From Naegleria gruberi (taxonomy: Eukaryota), in NCBI GenBank assembly GCA_000004985.1, contig GG738900.1: 64,000 bases of DNA; one strand, 5' to 3'. Positions 1 to 10,793 of the stretch are shown piece after piece (within the stretch, counting starts at the first letter, position 1; the number at the start of each line of letters is the position of its first letter). A program made the translations under genes and the position numbers. A model generated the notes under the pieces. That model was not told the origin of the DNA. It did not search any database and saw only the letters and a program-made list of their open reading frames with translations.

Positions 1-2153
1 TGTAAACATTTTAATAATTCTAATAATTCAAATTCTAATAATTCTTCTAATAATTCTAATAATAATTCAAATAATAGAAAATTAACAGAACAAGAATTTT
101 TAACATTAGAATTTAATAATTTCCATCAACAATATGATAAAACCATACTTTATAATACAATTAATAATGTACCTTATGATATAAATTTATATGGTAATCA
201 ACAAGTATATCAATATAAAGATAATTATAAAGAATTAATTAATAATAATGAAATATATGATATTAGATATTTATTAAGATATATAATGTATTTAATGACA
301 TGTTTTCCATTATCTAGTTTATATAAACAAAATAGTATATTTATTAGTATTGCATTTAGAGGTACATGTTCAAATGATTATTATGTTAGAATGTTAGCAT
401 ATGAAATTATTGGAATGTATTATAATTTCATTGTTAATCATGTTAATAGAAATCAAGAATCTGATATTTATGAAGTTTTAGTTTTAGTATTGAGACAAGT
501 TAAAATTTCAATGGCTGTTCCTTATTTAAAATTATCTTTACCTTGGTCAATGATGTTATCTGTTATTTGTAATTCAATTTTAAAAAGTGTTGAAGATAAT
601 TCTAATAATTCTAATAATAACAAGTATGATAACAATAAGTATGATTCAAAGTATGATTCANAGAAGAGTGAATCATTTGATAATAATAATTTAATGACCG
701 ATGAAAAGGATGAATCTAATCAATTAAATTCTAATCATCCTCACTCATCAGAAGAAGAAGAAGATTCAATAATTTACTTGTAACAGTATTAGAATCATTA
801 AGAAATCATTCATGTTTAAATGAATTAAATTTCTTTGAAGAATATATTAGACCATTATTAACATTAAATTTATTAACATTTAATAATAGAGTAACTTTGA
901 GAGATGTATCAAGATTCTTTGGATTTCAAAGACCATTTTTAAAATTAAAATCATTCCCAATTCATAGAGATTATATTAAATCTATTAATGTATTTGGAGT
1001 TAATTATTTAAAAGTATTATTATATGGATATCAAACAGATGAAGATTTTATGGATGAATATATTAAAAATAATACTATACAACATTTATTAATGTCATTT
1101 GATCAATTAGAATCATCAAAATCATATCAAGTTTATCAACAAATTTCTATTTGTAGAATTTTAATTGATGTTATTACTAGATTAAGAAAATCAAGAGAAA
1201 AATTATTAAAGGATTTTGCTTTAATTGATTGGATTAAAATACAATTACGTAAATCTACTAATTTAATCATTTCAAGTCAGACTTTTAATAGTAGAAATAA
1301 TAATGAAATTATTAGACTTTTAATGATTTTAATTTGTTCTATTTATAATACTTCTAATAATGGTAATACTTCTAATAATAATTCTAATAATAGTATTTTT
1401 AATAATAATAATAATAATATAACAAATGATTCAACAAGTGAATTATTATTTTATGAATCAAGTATATTAATTAATATAATATTAAATGATCAAATATTAT
1501 TAAATAATATGGGATTTAAAACAATATTATTTATTATAAAATATTGTAAATTTGAAAATATTAAAAAATTAATATCATCACATTCATTACAATTTAATTC
1601 AAATTTAATTCAATCAATTTTACAAACTGAATATTTAAATAATTATGAAAAGATTGAATTATTATTAGAATTATATTCAATTTGTAAAGATAAAAATTGG
1701 AATGAAATTTCAAATTCATTATTTAAAATTATTAAATTTGTAAATCAAGATTCAATTTATTTATTTATTAAATTTATTTATAAATTAATTAATGATAATA
1801 ATTATGAATTAAATATAATTAGAATTGTAACATTATTATATTATCAATATCAATATTATAATGATTTAAGATTTTTAGAAGGTTTAAATAGAATTATTAT
1901 TTTAATTATAATTGGAAAGGAAGATTATTATGAAAAAATGTTATTGAAAATGCAACAAACTGAAAGAAGTGAATTGGAAAATTATGAAAGATTTTTATTA
2001 AATTCACAATTATCTATTTTTATTAGAGAAAAATTATTACAACCACTTTCAGACTTGAATGCAATTAATATGATGAGTAGTACACGTAGTATTTTGGAAA
2101 ATTATATTAATCAATTCAATACTGCTGCTGGTAATCAAAAGAAACGTAAATAA
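1..2153 (+). CDS. Asn-rich hypothetical protein, 5'-partial (open from nt 1); probable frameshift or sequencing error near 735-786 joining ORFs 286..783 and 897..2153
   Basis: Frame 1 is open from position 1 (CKHFNNSNNSN...). Frame 0 is open from 735 to the stop at 2151. There is an ambiguous n at 661. The 3' 450 bp is duplicated at 9693..10146. Confidence 0.4.
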
Positions 2154-2188
2154 ATTTTACTTTTATATTCAAAATAATTACATGGGCA

Positions 2189-2548
2189 TTAACAATATTG
2201 TTTTTGAAATTCCCTCAATAATACATTAACATCATCACTATCCTCCAAGACTAATATGGTCCTCGTTGAAGTTTCCCACAAGCCAGCATAATCTAATTCC
2301 TTCCTTTGCTCTGGATCATAGAAATATGACAATCCATTATCATTAAATTCCTCTCTTAATACTTGAAGTAAAATACCTTGTTTTGGATAAACAGCCAATG
2401 AAATAGTTCGTTGGTGTATTCCTCTGATGAATGTTATGTGTTTGTCATCTAAATTTCCTAGTGCACCACTCTTTGAAAATCGAATCGACTTTCGTTTTCT
2501 TTCAGTGTGTGGGACAAAGTCTTTTTCTGTTGATTTTGAGATGAACAT
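2189..2548 (-). CDS. Hypothetical 119-aa protein (copy A)
   Basis: Intact ORF. Its copy at 10179..10538 differs by 2 aa. Codon usage resembles expressed genes. No family recognised. Confidence 0.45.
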   Translation of the reverse strand: MFISKSTEKDFVPHTERKRKSIRFSKSGALGNLDDKHITFIRGIHQRTISLAVYPKQGILLQVLREEFNDNGLSYFYDPEQRKELDYAGLWETSTRTILVLEDSDDVNVLLREFQKQYC

Positions 2549-2799
2549 TGTTTGAATTGGTTTACTGGTCGGTTTGTTTTTTTGAAGCTAGAAATGAGGC
2601 TGGAAAATTCTTTTTGAAAAACGCTAAAATGGTACGAATGACATATTAAAAAGGAAACAAAGCAGGTCAGTAAACCTATCTCTAGTCATGGAGTGTCAAC
2701 ATTGATTGTTCTCATTTGGAGATAATAAATTCATTTGCAAGAGATGCTAATTACATTAGGAAATGTTAAAAAGTCAATCAATTTGATTGAAAATTCATT

Positions 2800-5700
2800 T
2801 TATTCTTCTTTTGATGTAATTATATCATCATTAGAGATATTGATAATAACATTATCATTTGCACTATTAGGCAGCGTATTCATTCCTGTATTACTAGTAG
2901 TCGTAGTAGTCGTAGTATTATTAGTAGTATTTGTATTATTTCCATTATTATTATTATTTGTACTACTTGTACCATTATAATATTGTTTTAAGAAATCACC
3001 TTGTTGTTCAGTTTGTGAGAATGCAAATCCACGATAATTAAATTTAGCAACACTTGTAACAGCAGTTTCGAATACCTTCTTAATTTCTTGTAATTCTACG
3101 ACATTGAACTTTTTCTTTTTCTTCATCTTGACAGGTAAACCTTCTTCGAATGGGAAATTTTCCAAAATTTCTTGTCTTGATTTCTTTGATTTCTTTCTTC
3201 CTTGAATTTGGTAATAGGCATTTCTTGAACGCATTCTAACAAATCCTTTCCAGAATATATCTCTAATACAACACATAAATGTTACTAATAAAACAATCAT
3301 GTAAAATTGTGGTGTTAGGAATATTCTCCATCTTTCTGTAATTCCATAAAATTCAGATATAACTGGATATGGATATCCAAATATGTAATAAATACTTCCA
3401 TAAACAAATATAAATGCAGGCCATGATAATAAACTTCCAGTATAAATTAAAACATTAACCCATGTCCAAGATGATGTTTCAATACATAATTTAAGTGAAA
3501 TTACAACAAGTACACATGAATAAATGACAATACCAATAGTTTCTGGATCAATATCATGTCCATCAAGGAATTTGCTATCAACCAAACAATAATATGGAAC
3601 AAAGAAACAAACAAGTGAATGGAATAATGAATTAACAACCCATGATATAAATACTTTAGCATTGAACTAAAGTATTTTAAAACATTTCATATAATGATGA
3701 TGATTATTTGTTTACATAGAACAATAGAAAAAATATAGTTAATAATTAATAAAATTACTAAATAAATAATAAAAGAAAACTACTTACAAATCTATTCTTT
3801 TGACCTTGATAATAAAGTTCTGGGAATTTTTCAGCAACATCAGCTGATACATCTCTATCCATAACAGCTAATACAATAATTGGTAAACCAGAGAATATTA
3901 AATTGTAAAGAGCAATAGTCCACTTATCATGAATNNNNNNNNNNNNNNNNNNNNNNNNNNNNNNNNNNNNNNNNNNNNNNNNNNNNNNNNNNNNNNNNNN
4001 NNNNNNNNNNNNNNNNNNNNNNNNNNNNNNNNNNNNNNNNNNNNNNNNNNNNNNNNNNNNNNNNNNNNNNNNNNNNNNNNNNNNNNNNNNNNNNNNNNNN
4101 NNNNNNNNNNNNNNNNNNNNNNNNNNNNNNNNNNNNNNNNNNNNNNNNNNNNNNNNNNNNNNNNNNNNNNNNNNNNNNNNNNNNNNNNNNNNNNNNNNNN
4201 NNNNNNNNNNNNNNNNNNNNNNNNNNNNNNNNNNNNNNNNNNNNNNNNNNNNNNNNNNNNNNNNNNNNNNNNNNNNNNNNNNNNNNNNNNNNNNNNNNNN
4301 NNNNNNNNNNNNNNNNNNNNNNNNNNNNNNNNNNNNNNNNNNNNNNNNNNNNNNNNNNNNNNNNNNNNNNNNNNNNNNNNNNNNNNNNNNNNNNNNNNNN
4401 NNNNNNNNNNNNNNNNNNNNNNNNNNNNNNNNNNNNNNNNNNNNNNNNNNNNNNNNNNNNNNNNNNNNNNNNNNNNNNNNNNNNNNNNNNNNNNNNNNNN
4501 NNNNNNNNNNNNNNNNNNNNNNNNNNNNNNNNNNNNNNNNNNNNNNNNNNNNNNNNNNNNNNNNNNNNNNNNNNNNNNNNNNNNNNNNNNNNNNNNNNNN
4601 NNNNNNNNNNNNNNNNNNNNNNNNNNNNNNNNNNNNNNNNNNNNNNNNNNNNNNNNNNNNNNNNNNNNNNNNNNNNNNNNNNNNNNNNNNNNNNNNNNNN
4701 NNNNNNNNNNNNNNNNNNNNNNNNNNNNNNNNNNNNNNNNNNNNNNNNNNNNNNNNNNNNNNNNNNNNNNNNNNNNNNNNNNNNNNNNNNNNNNNNNNNN
4801 NNNNNNNNNNNNNNNNNNNNNNNNNNNNNNNNNNNNNNNNNNNNNNNNNNNNNNNNNNNNNNNNNNNNNNNNNNNNNNNNNNNNNNNNNNNNNNNNNNNN
4901 NNNNNNNNNNNNNNNNNNNNNNNNNNNNNNNNNNNNNNNNNNNNNNNNNNNNNNNNNNNNNNNNNNNNNNNNNNNNNNNNNNNNNNNNNNNNNNNNNNNN
5001 NNNNNNNNNNNNNNNNNNNNNNNNNNNNNNNNNNNNNNNNNNNNNNNNNNNNNNNNNNNNNNNNNNNNNNNNNNNNNNNNNNNNNNNNNNNNNNNNNNNN
5101 NNNNNNNNNNNNNNNNNNNNNNNNNNNNNNNNNNNNNNNNNNNNNNNNNNNNNNNNNNNNNNNNNNNNNNNNNNNNNNNNNNNNNNNNNNNNNNNNNNNN
5201 NNNNNNNNNNNNNNNNNNNNNNNNNNNNNNNNNNNNNNNNNNNNNNNNNNNNNNNNNNNNNNNNNNNNNNNNNNNNNNNNNNNNNNNNNNNNNNNNNNNN
5301 NNNNNNNNNNNNNNNNNNNNNNNNNNNNNNNNNNNNNNNNNNNNNNNNNNNNNNNNNNNNNNNNNNNNNNNNNNNNNNNNNNNNNNNNNNNNNNNNNNNN
5401 NNNNNNNNNNNNNNNNNNNNNNNNNNNNNNNNNNNNNNNNNNNNNNNNNNNNNNNNNNNNNNNNNNNNNNNNNNNNNNNNNNNNNNNNNNNNNNNNNNNN
5501 NNNNNNNNNNNNNNNNNNNNNNNNNNNNNNNNNNNNNNNNNNNNNNNNNNNNNNNNNNNNNNNNNNNNNNNNNNNNNNNNNNNNNNNNNNNNNNNNNNNN
5601 NNNNNNNNNNNNNNNNNNNNNNNNNNNNNNNNNNNNNNNNNNNNNNNNNNNNNNNNNNNNNNNNNNNNNNNNNNNNNNNNNNNNNNNNNNNNNNNNNNNN

Positions 5701-7285
5701 NNNNNNNNNNNNNNNNNNNNNNNNNNNNNNNNNNNNNNNNNNNNNNNNNNNNNNNNNNNNNNNNNNNNNNNNNNNNNNNNNNNNNNNNNNNNNNNNNNNN
5801 NNNNNNNNNNNNNNNNNNNNNNNNNNNNNNNNNNNNNNNNNNNNNNNNNNNNNNNNNNNNNNNNNNNNNNNNNNNNNNNNNNNNNNNNNNNNNNNNNNNN
5901 NNNNNNNNNNNNNNNNNNNNNNNNNNNNNNNNNNNNNNNNNNNNNNNNNNNNNNNNNNNNNNNNNNNNNNNNNNNNNNNNNNNNNNNNNNNNNNNNNNNN
6001 NNNNNNNNNNNNNNNNNNNNNNNNNNNNNNNNNNNNNNNNNNNNNNNNNNNNNNNNNNNNNNNNNNNNNNNNNNNNNNNNNNNNNNNNNNNNNNNNNNNN
6101 NNNNNNNNNNNNNNNNNNNNNNNNNNNNNATCATTAATTTAGTATCGTGTCCAGTGAAAATTGCAACACCAATCATAAAATCAGTATTTTTCAATGAAGA
6201 TCCACGTAAACAAATTTGTTCGGTATCAATGGATAATTTCTTTCCATTACTCAATACCATTGTACCTTCAAATTTATATAATCTATTGTTTGGTTTTTCA
6301 CATTCCACAATCATTCTAGTTTTATCAAGTGCTTCAGGTGTTGAAAGTTCCAAAGTTTCATGACGACATCTCTTAATTTTTAAATTAGTTTCACTTTATA
6401 TCCAAATTAATATGAATTCAATTGATTTTCCAATTTCCAATTTAATAAAATCAACAAGTTAATCAACATTCAATCCATAGAAATAACATACCCATCCAAA
6501 CTTGAAGTTTCAACATAACATAAACCTTGTGATTCACTTGAAGAGACAAGAATTAAATCACAAGGAAATGGTTCCTTATTATCTACTTTAACAATATCAC
6601 CTGTTTTTACATCTTTCCAAAATATATCCTCAAATTTGTCACCTCTCAAAACATGAGCAATTCTATTATTTGTAACTCTATCAGAATAGAGTCTTTTAAT
6701 ATCTTCATAAGCATCTTTAATCATTGTACAAATCAATACTATTAATAGTCATATATTAGATTTTGTTTAGTATAATACCTCCAATATAATACTTACCAAA
6801 TGCTAAAGGAAAGAATGCTGTAAATTGACCTGTTGGTGACAATGTTGGAATAGTTTGCAAAACTGCCATAAATAAAAAATCTATTTTCACAAATATTTCA
6901 TCATCCATTATTCAAATATTGTACAATTATAATATTTCATCATTCAAATAAGTGATAAATCATTAAAATACTTACAACAATTTGCAAATCTATGAAATTG
7001 TTCATATAAATTCTTAAATAAAAAGTTGTAGAAAGTATATTTAGTAGTCGTTATGGAATTATCAATAAATTTGTTGGTGGCGTTTGACATTTCATCATTT
7101 GCAAATAGTAATCTAGTTTTTGTTGCATCATGTTGTTGTTGAATATTAAAAGTATTAAAGGCTCCAACTTCATTCCCAGTAAACATATCCGATATACTTC
7201 TATGTTGTGTTGATGGATTATTAGTACTATTATAATTAGTATTAATTGTTGCAGAACTCATAATAGCAGTACTAGAATTTGACAT
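2800..7285 (-). CDS. Phospholipid-transporting P4-type ATPase (flippase), copy A, multi-exon, interrupted by assembly gap 3935..6129
   Basis: N-terminal exon 6944..7285 (RLLFANDE...TTKYTFYNFLFKNLYEQFHRFAN). Exon 6470..6736 (actuator region, DGETNLK-type). C-terminal TM exon 2800..3585. Exons mirror copy B. Confidence 0.7.
3935..6129. other. Assembly gap (2195 N)
   Basis: Run of N. Corresponds in length to 11930-14160 of copy B. Confidence 0.99.
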
Positions 7286-8177
7286 TACTAGTGTTGTATG
7301 TTCACGAGGTGATGTTAATGATGATGGTAGTGGTAGAGTATTTTGATTATTTGATGATTCATTCGAATGGTCTACTAGGGAATTTCCATCCCTCTGTTGT
7401 TTTGTTATTATTATTATTATATAAAGATGAATATAGTAATATTACATATTAAAATTGTTGTGTTTAGAGAATATGAAAATATACATACTGGTGTTCTGGT
7501 AAATTTGGCTTTTAATCTTTGAAACATGTTTTAAAGCCTTTTTCTTCCGAATAAATAATGTTATATGATATACTATTGTAGTTTTTGTGTTGATGATGGA
7601 GAGTGTTGATGATGGTGATGATGATAATTGTTTTGAAAACACAAGAAGAATGGATAATACTATCTACAAGTATAAAAGTGTGTTGTCCTATTCTCTATTC
7701 AAAGATAATAAAAACAATCAACAACAATAGTAATGGATAATAAATATGTTTTTCAAAGAAGAAGGCTTTGTTTGTTTTTGTTTTTCTTTTAAATAACTAC
7801 TTGAGTATCAAAGGTGGGAGAATCTTTTGAGCTTCCTTTAATCTTTTGGAAGCCACGGCCCAAAGTAAAGCGCTCATTTTGAGTCCGATTCAAGTGAGGC
7901 AAATAGCGCTAGTTTCTAATAGTCTACAAGAATAAATAGTCATGATACCATTTCGGAGTCATTGGAAGGTTTAGAATAAGGGAGGAAGGAAGAATATTCT
8001 AATGTAAAAATAAGTCAAAGAACGATTTGGATTTTCAATGTATTGCAATTTGATAATATACTTTCTATTTGAATAATACAAGAAGCTATTAAGGATTGAC
8101 TTTAAACTCTAAAAAACAAGCGCATTTATTTGCAAGTAACTTTGGGATAGTGTTTAGTTTTTGAAACAAAAATCAGA

Positions 8178-8251
8178 TACCGACAATGGGGCTCGAACCC
8201 ACGACCCCAGGATTAGAAGTCCTGTGCTGTATCCAACTGAGCTATGACGGC
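8178..8251 (-). tRNA. tRNA-Arg (anticodon UCU), copy A; variant with D-stem C13:C22 mismatch
   Basis: The reverse complement folds as a cloverleaf: GCCGTCA acceptor, GGTTCGAGCC T-arm, anticodon loop CTTCTAA. D-stem GCTC/CAGC, versus GCTC/GAGC in copy B. Confidence 0.55.
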
Positions 8252-8449
8252 TTTACGTTTCTTAGAGATCAAAACATCTTACATGAAATCCTTGATATTT
8301 TTCTGTAGGCTCCATATTTATTTAGTTTAGATTGATAAGCTTTTAACGTCATGTGCCACATCATTCTTTCATAATTTTATTCAATGGGATCTATTAAATC
8401 CAAATAATAACTATGTAATAGTTACAATAAAAAAATTAAATATTAAAAA

Positions 8450-9343
8450 ATGTCATCACAGTGTGATGATTTAACTCTTCCGAATAATCAAACCAATAAA
8501 ACATTAAAAGGTTATCAATCTAAACTAAATAAATTACAAACAATTACATATAGTGATTTATTTGGATCCAATGATTATATTAACGGTTCAATTATTTGCA
8601 TTTATTCTGATAATATTAATTATTTAATTTTAATTTTATCTAAAGATGTTAATACTATTCATGTTTTAAAATTTAATTTTGATCCAATTCATAAATTAAT
8701 CACAAATAAGGAAATATTTACTAAATATGCATTGAAACAGGATGTTAAACATTATCAATATTTTTATTCATTGAAATGTGAAAAATGTTTTTTAATTGCA
8801 AATATAATTAATATTCATTTATCAGAATTATGGAAAGTTGAAATTGAAAGTGGAAATATAATTTGGAGAAAGGAAATTCATGGAATTAATTCAATTGTTC
8901 AAGATGAAAGAGGAATTTTATTTTTAAATTCAAGTATTACTAAAAATGTGCAATTATTAGATTCCAAAACAGGAAATTGTCTTGGTAAAATTTCAATTGC
9001 ATCTGGTCATAGAATTTCAAATCATATTGGATTGGATTTTAATAATAATTTACTAGTTTCTAGTTTTACTAGGAGAGGATCATATTTACAAATTATTTCT
9101 AAAAAAGGCAACATTTCAAAAATAATACCATGTACACAAAATACGATACTCACACTATCAGATCCATATTATAAGAAAACATTTATACTAGAATCAGGAA
9201 ATCATGTTGTGGATGTTTATGATTCTGAATATACTAAATTAGAAGTATTGAATTTCACTTCACCAATTTTTTTATTTGCTTTTGTAAATGATTGTAATTT
9301 TATAATAACAGTTGGTCCTAGGGAAATATCTTTATTTGATTGA
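8450..9343 (+). CDS. Hypothetical 297-aa protein (copy A, intact)
   Basis: Long ORF with typical codon usage. Paralogous copy at 16521..17400. Confidence 0.45.
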   Translation: MSSQCDDLTLPNNQTNKTLKGYQSKLNKLQTITYSDLFGSNDYINGSIICIYSDNINYLILILSKDVNTIHVLKFNFDPIHKLITNKEIFTKYALKQDVKHYQYFYSLKCEKCFLIANIINIHLSELWKVEIESGNIIWRKEIHGINSIVQDERGILFLNSSITKNVQLLDSKTGNCLGKISIASGHRISNHIGLDFNNNLLVSSFTRRGSYLQIISKKGNISKIIPCTQNTILTLSDPYYKKTFILESGNHVVDVYDSEYTKLEVLNFTSPIFLFAFVNDCNFIITVGPREISLFD

Positions 9344-9399
9344 AAATCAATAAACAAGAAGAAACCAACACTCTTGCTTATAAAGATTACATCAAACTG

Positions 9400-9642
9400 A
9401 GGATCATCATTAATAAGCTTATTTCTTTGATTTTACTCCAAAATAAGTGGCAATCAAACCACTTGCAGCAGTTAATCCAATCAAGGAAAACAACTTGCAT
9501 TCATGTTCTGATAAGAACAGAGTCACCAATGCAATACTGCTCAATATGTTGGCACAAGTACAACCAAAACCAGTTGGCCAACCAACACCTCAATTCCACT
9601 GATAGGTAGCTCCGTATATTTCATTTTTTTAATTCAAAACAA
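9400..9642 (-). pseudogene. Degenerate fragment of the 3' part of the small membrane-protein gene (19715..20062)
   Basis: About 240 bp aligns to 19681..19925, with 15-16 bp deletions and substitutions. It ends at the N gap. Confidence 0.55.
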
Positions 9643-9692
9643 NNNNNNNNNNNNNNNNNNNNNNNNNNNNNNNNNNNNNNNNNNNNNNNNNN
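9643..9692. other. Assembly gap (50 N)
   Basis: Run of N between the duplication copies. Confidence 0.99.
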
Positions 9693-10146
9693 GAATTTCA
9701 ATTCATTATTTAAAATTATTAAATTTGTAAATCAAGATTCAATTTATTTATTTATTAAATTTATTTATAAATTAATTAATGATAATAATTATGAATTAAA
9801 TATTATTAGAATTGTAACATTATTATATTATCAATATCAATATTATAATGATTTAAGATTTTTAGAAGGTTTAAATAGAATTATTATTTTAATTATAATT
9901 GGAAAGGAAGATTATTATGAAAAAATGTTATTGAAAATGCAACAAACTGAAAGAAGTGAATTGGAAAATTATGAAAGATTTTTATTAAATTCACAATTAT
10001 CTATTTTTATTAGAGAAAAATTATTACAACCACTTTCAGATTTGAATGCAATTAATATGATGAGTAGTACACGTAGTATTTTGGAAAATTATATTAATCA
10101 ATTCAATACTGCCACTGCTACTGGTAATCAAAAGAAACGTAAATAA
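9693..10146 (+). CDS. 3' portion of the Asn-rich hypothetical gene (copy B; 5' part lies in the gap)
   Basis: Translation matches the C-terminus of gene 1 (…LLKMQQTERSELENYERFLL…GNQKKRK) with an ATA insertion. Confidence 0.4.
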
Positions 10147-10178
10147 ATTTTACTTTTATATTCAAAATTACATGGGCA

Positions 10179-10538
10179 TTAACAATATTGTTTTTGAAAT
10201 TCCCTCAATAATACATTAACATCATCACTATCTTCCAAGACTAATATGGTCCTCGTTGAAGTTTCCCACAAGCCAGCATAATCCAATTCCTTCCTTTGCT
10301 CTGGATCATAGAAATATGACAATCCATTATCATTAAATTCCTCTCTTAATACTTGAAGTAAAATGCCTTGTTTTGGGTAAACAGCCAATGAAATAGTTCG
10401 TTGGTGCATTCCTCTGATGAATGTTATGTGTTTGTCATCTAAATTTCCTAGTGCACCACTCTTTGAAAATCGTAACGACTTTCGTTTTCTTTCAGTGTGT
10501 GGGACAAAGTCTTTTTCTGTTGATTTTGAGATAAACAT
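10179..10538 (-). CDS. Hypothetical 119-aa protein (copy B)
   Basis: Paralogue of 2189..2548. Confidence 0.45.
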   Translation of the reverse strand: MFISKSTEKDFVPHTERKRKSLRFSKSGALGNLDDKHITFIRGMHQRTISLAVYPKQGILLQVLREEFNDNGLSYFYDPEQRKELDYAGLWETSTRTILVLEDSDDVNVLLREFQKQYC

Positions 10539-10793
10539 TGTTTGAATTGGTTTACTGGTTGGTTTGTTTTTTTGAAGCTAGAAATGAGGCTGGAAAATTC
10601 TTATACGCTAAAATGGTACGAATGACATATTAAAAAGGAAACAAAGCAGGTCAGTAAACCTATCTCTAGTCATGGAGTGTCAACATTGATTGTTCTCATT
10701 TGGAGATAATAAAGTCTCGACAATTCATTTGCAAGAGATACTAATTACATTAGGAAATGTTAAAAAGTCAATCAATTTGATTGAAAATTCATT

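Larger units (their letters stand above)
1703..9642. repeat. Copy A of ~8 kb tandem segmental duplication (contains internal 2195-N assembly gap)
   Basis: Collinear near-identical match to 9693..17531 at offsets +7990 to +8071. Same gene order: gene-1 3' end, 119-aa gene, P4-ATPase, tRNA-Arg, 297-aa gene. Confidence 0.85.

Noticed and set aside
2735-2980. Poly-Val/Leu ORFs 2735..2980 and 10690..10977
   Set aside because: They are antisense to the Asn/Thr-rich tail of the flippase (AAT/ACT repeats read as V/L on the other strand). This is a low-complexity artefact.
2800-3585. Separate 261-aa multi-TM protein gene (and its copy at 10794..11582)
   Set aside because: It continues the P4-ATPase reading frame after a short intron (FNAKVFISWVVNSLFHSL… is the flippase TM7-10 region and Asn/Thr-rich tail). 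It is the C-terminal exon, not an independent gene.
3927-6353. Very long ORFs on both strands (3927..6353 minus, 3929..6142 plus) consisting mostly of X
   Set aside because: They are artefacts of translating the 2195-N assembly gap. Only the flanking real sequence (P4-ATPase exons) is meaningful.
8160-8440. tRNA-targeted retrotransposon (TRE/DGLT-type) next to the tRNA-Arg and tRNA-Glu genes
   Set aside because: No reverse-transcriptase, integrase or gag-like ORFs, and no LTR or poly-A structures within about 500 bp of any tRNA in this window.
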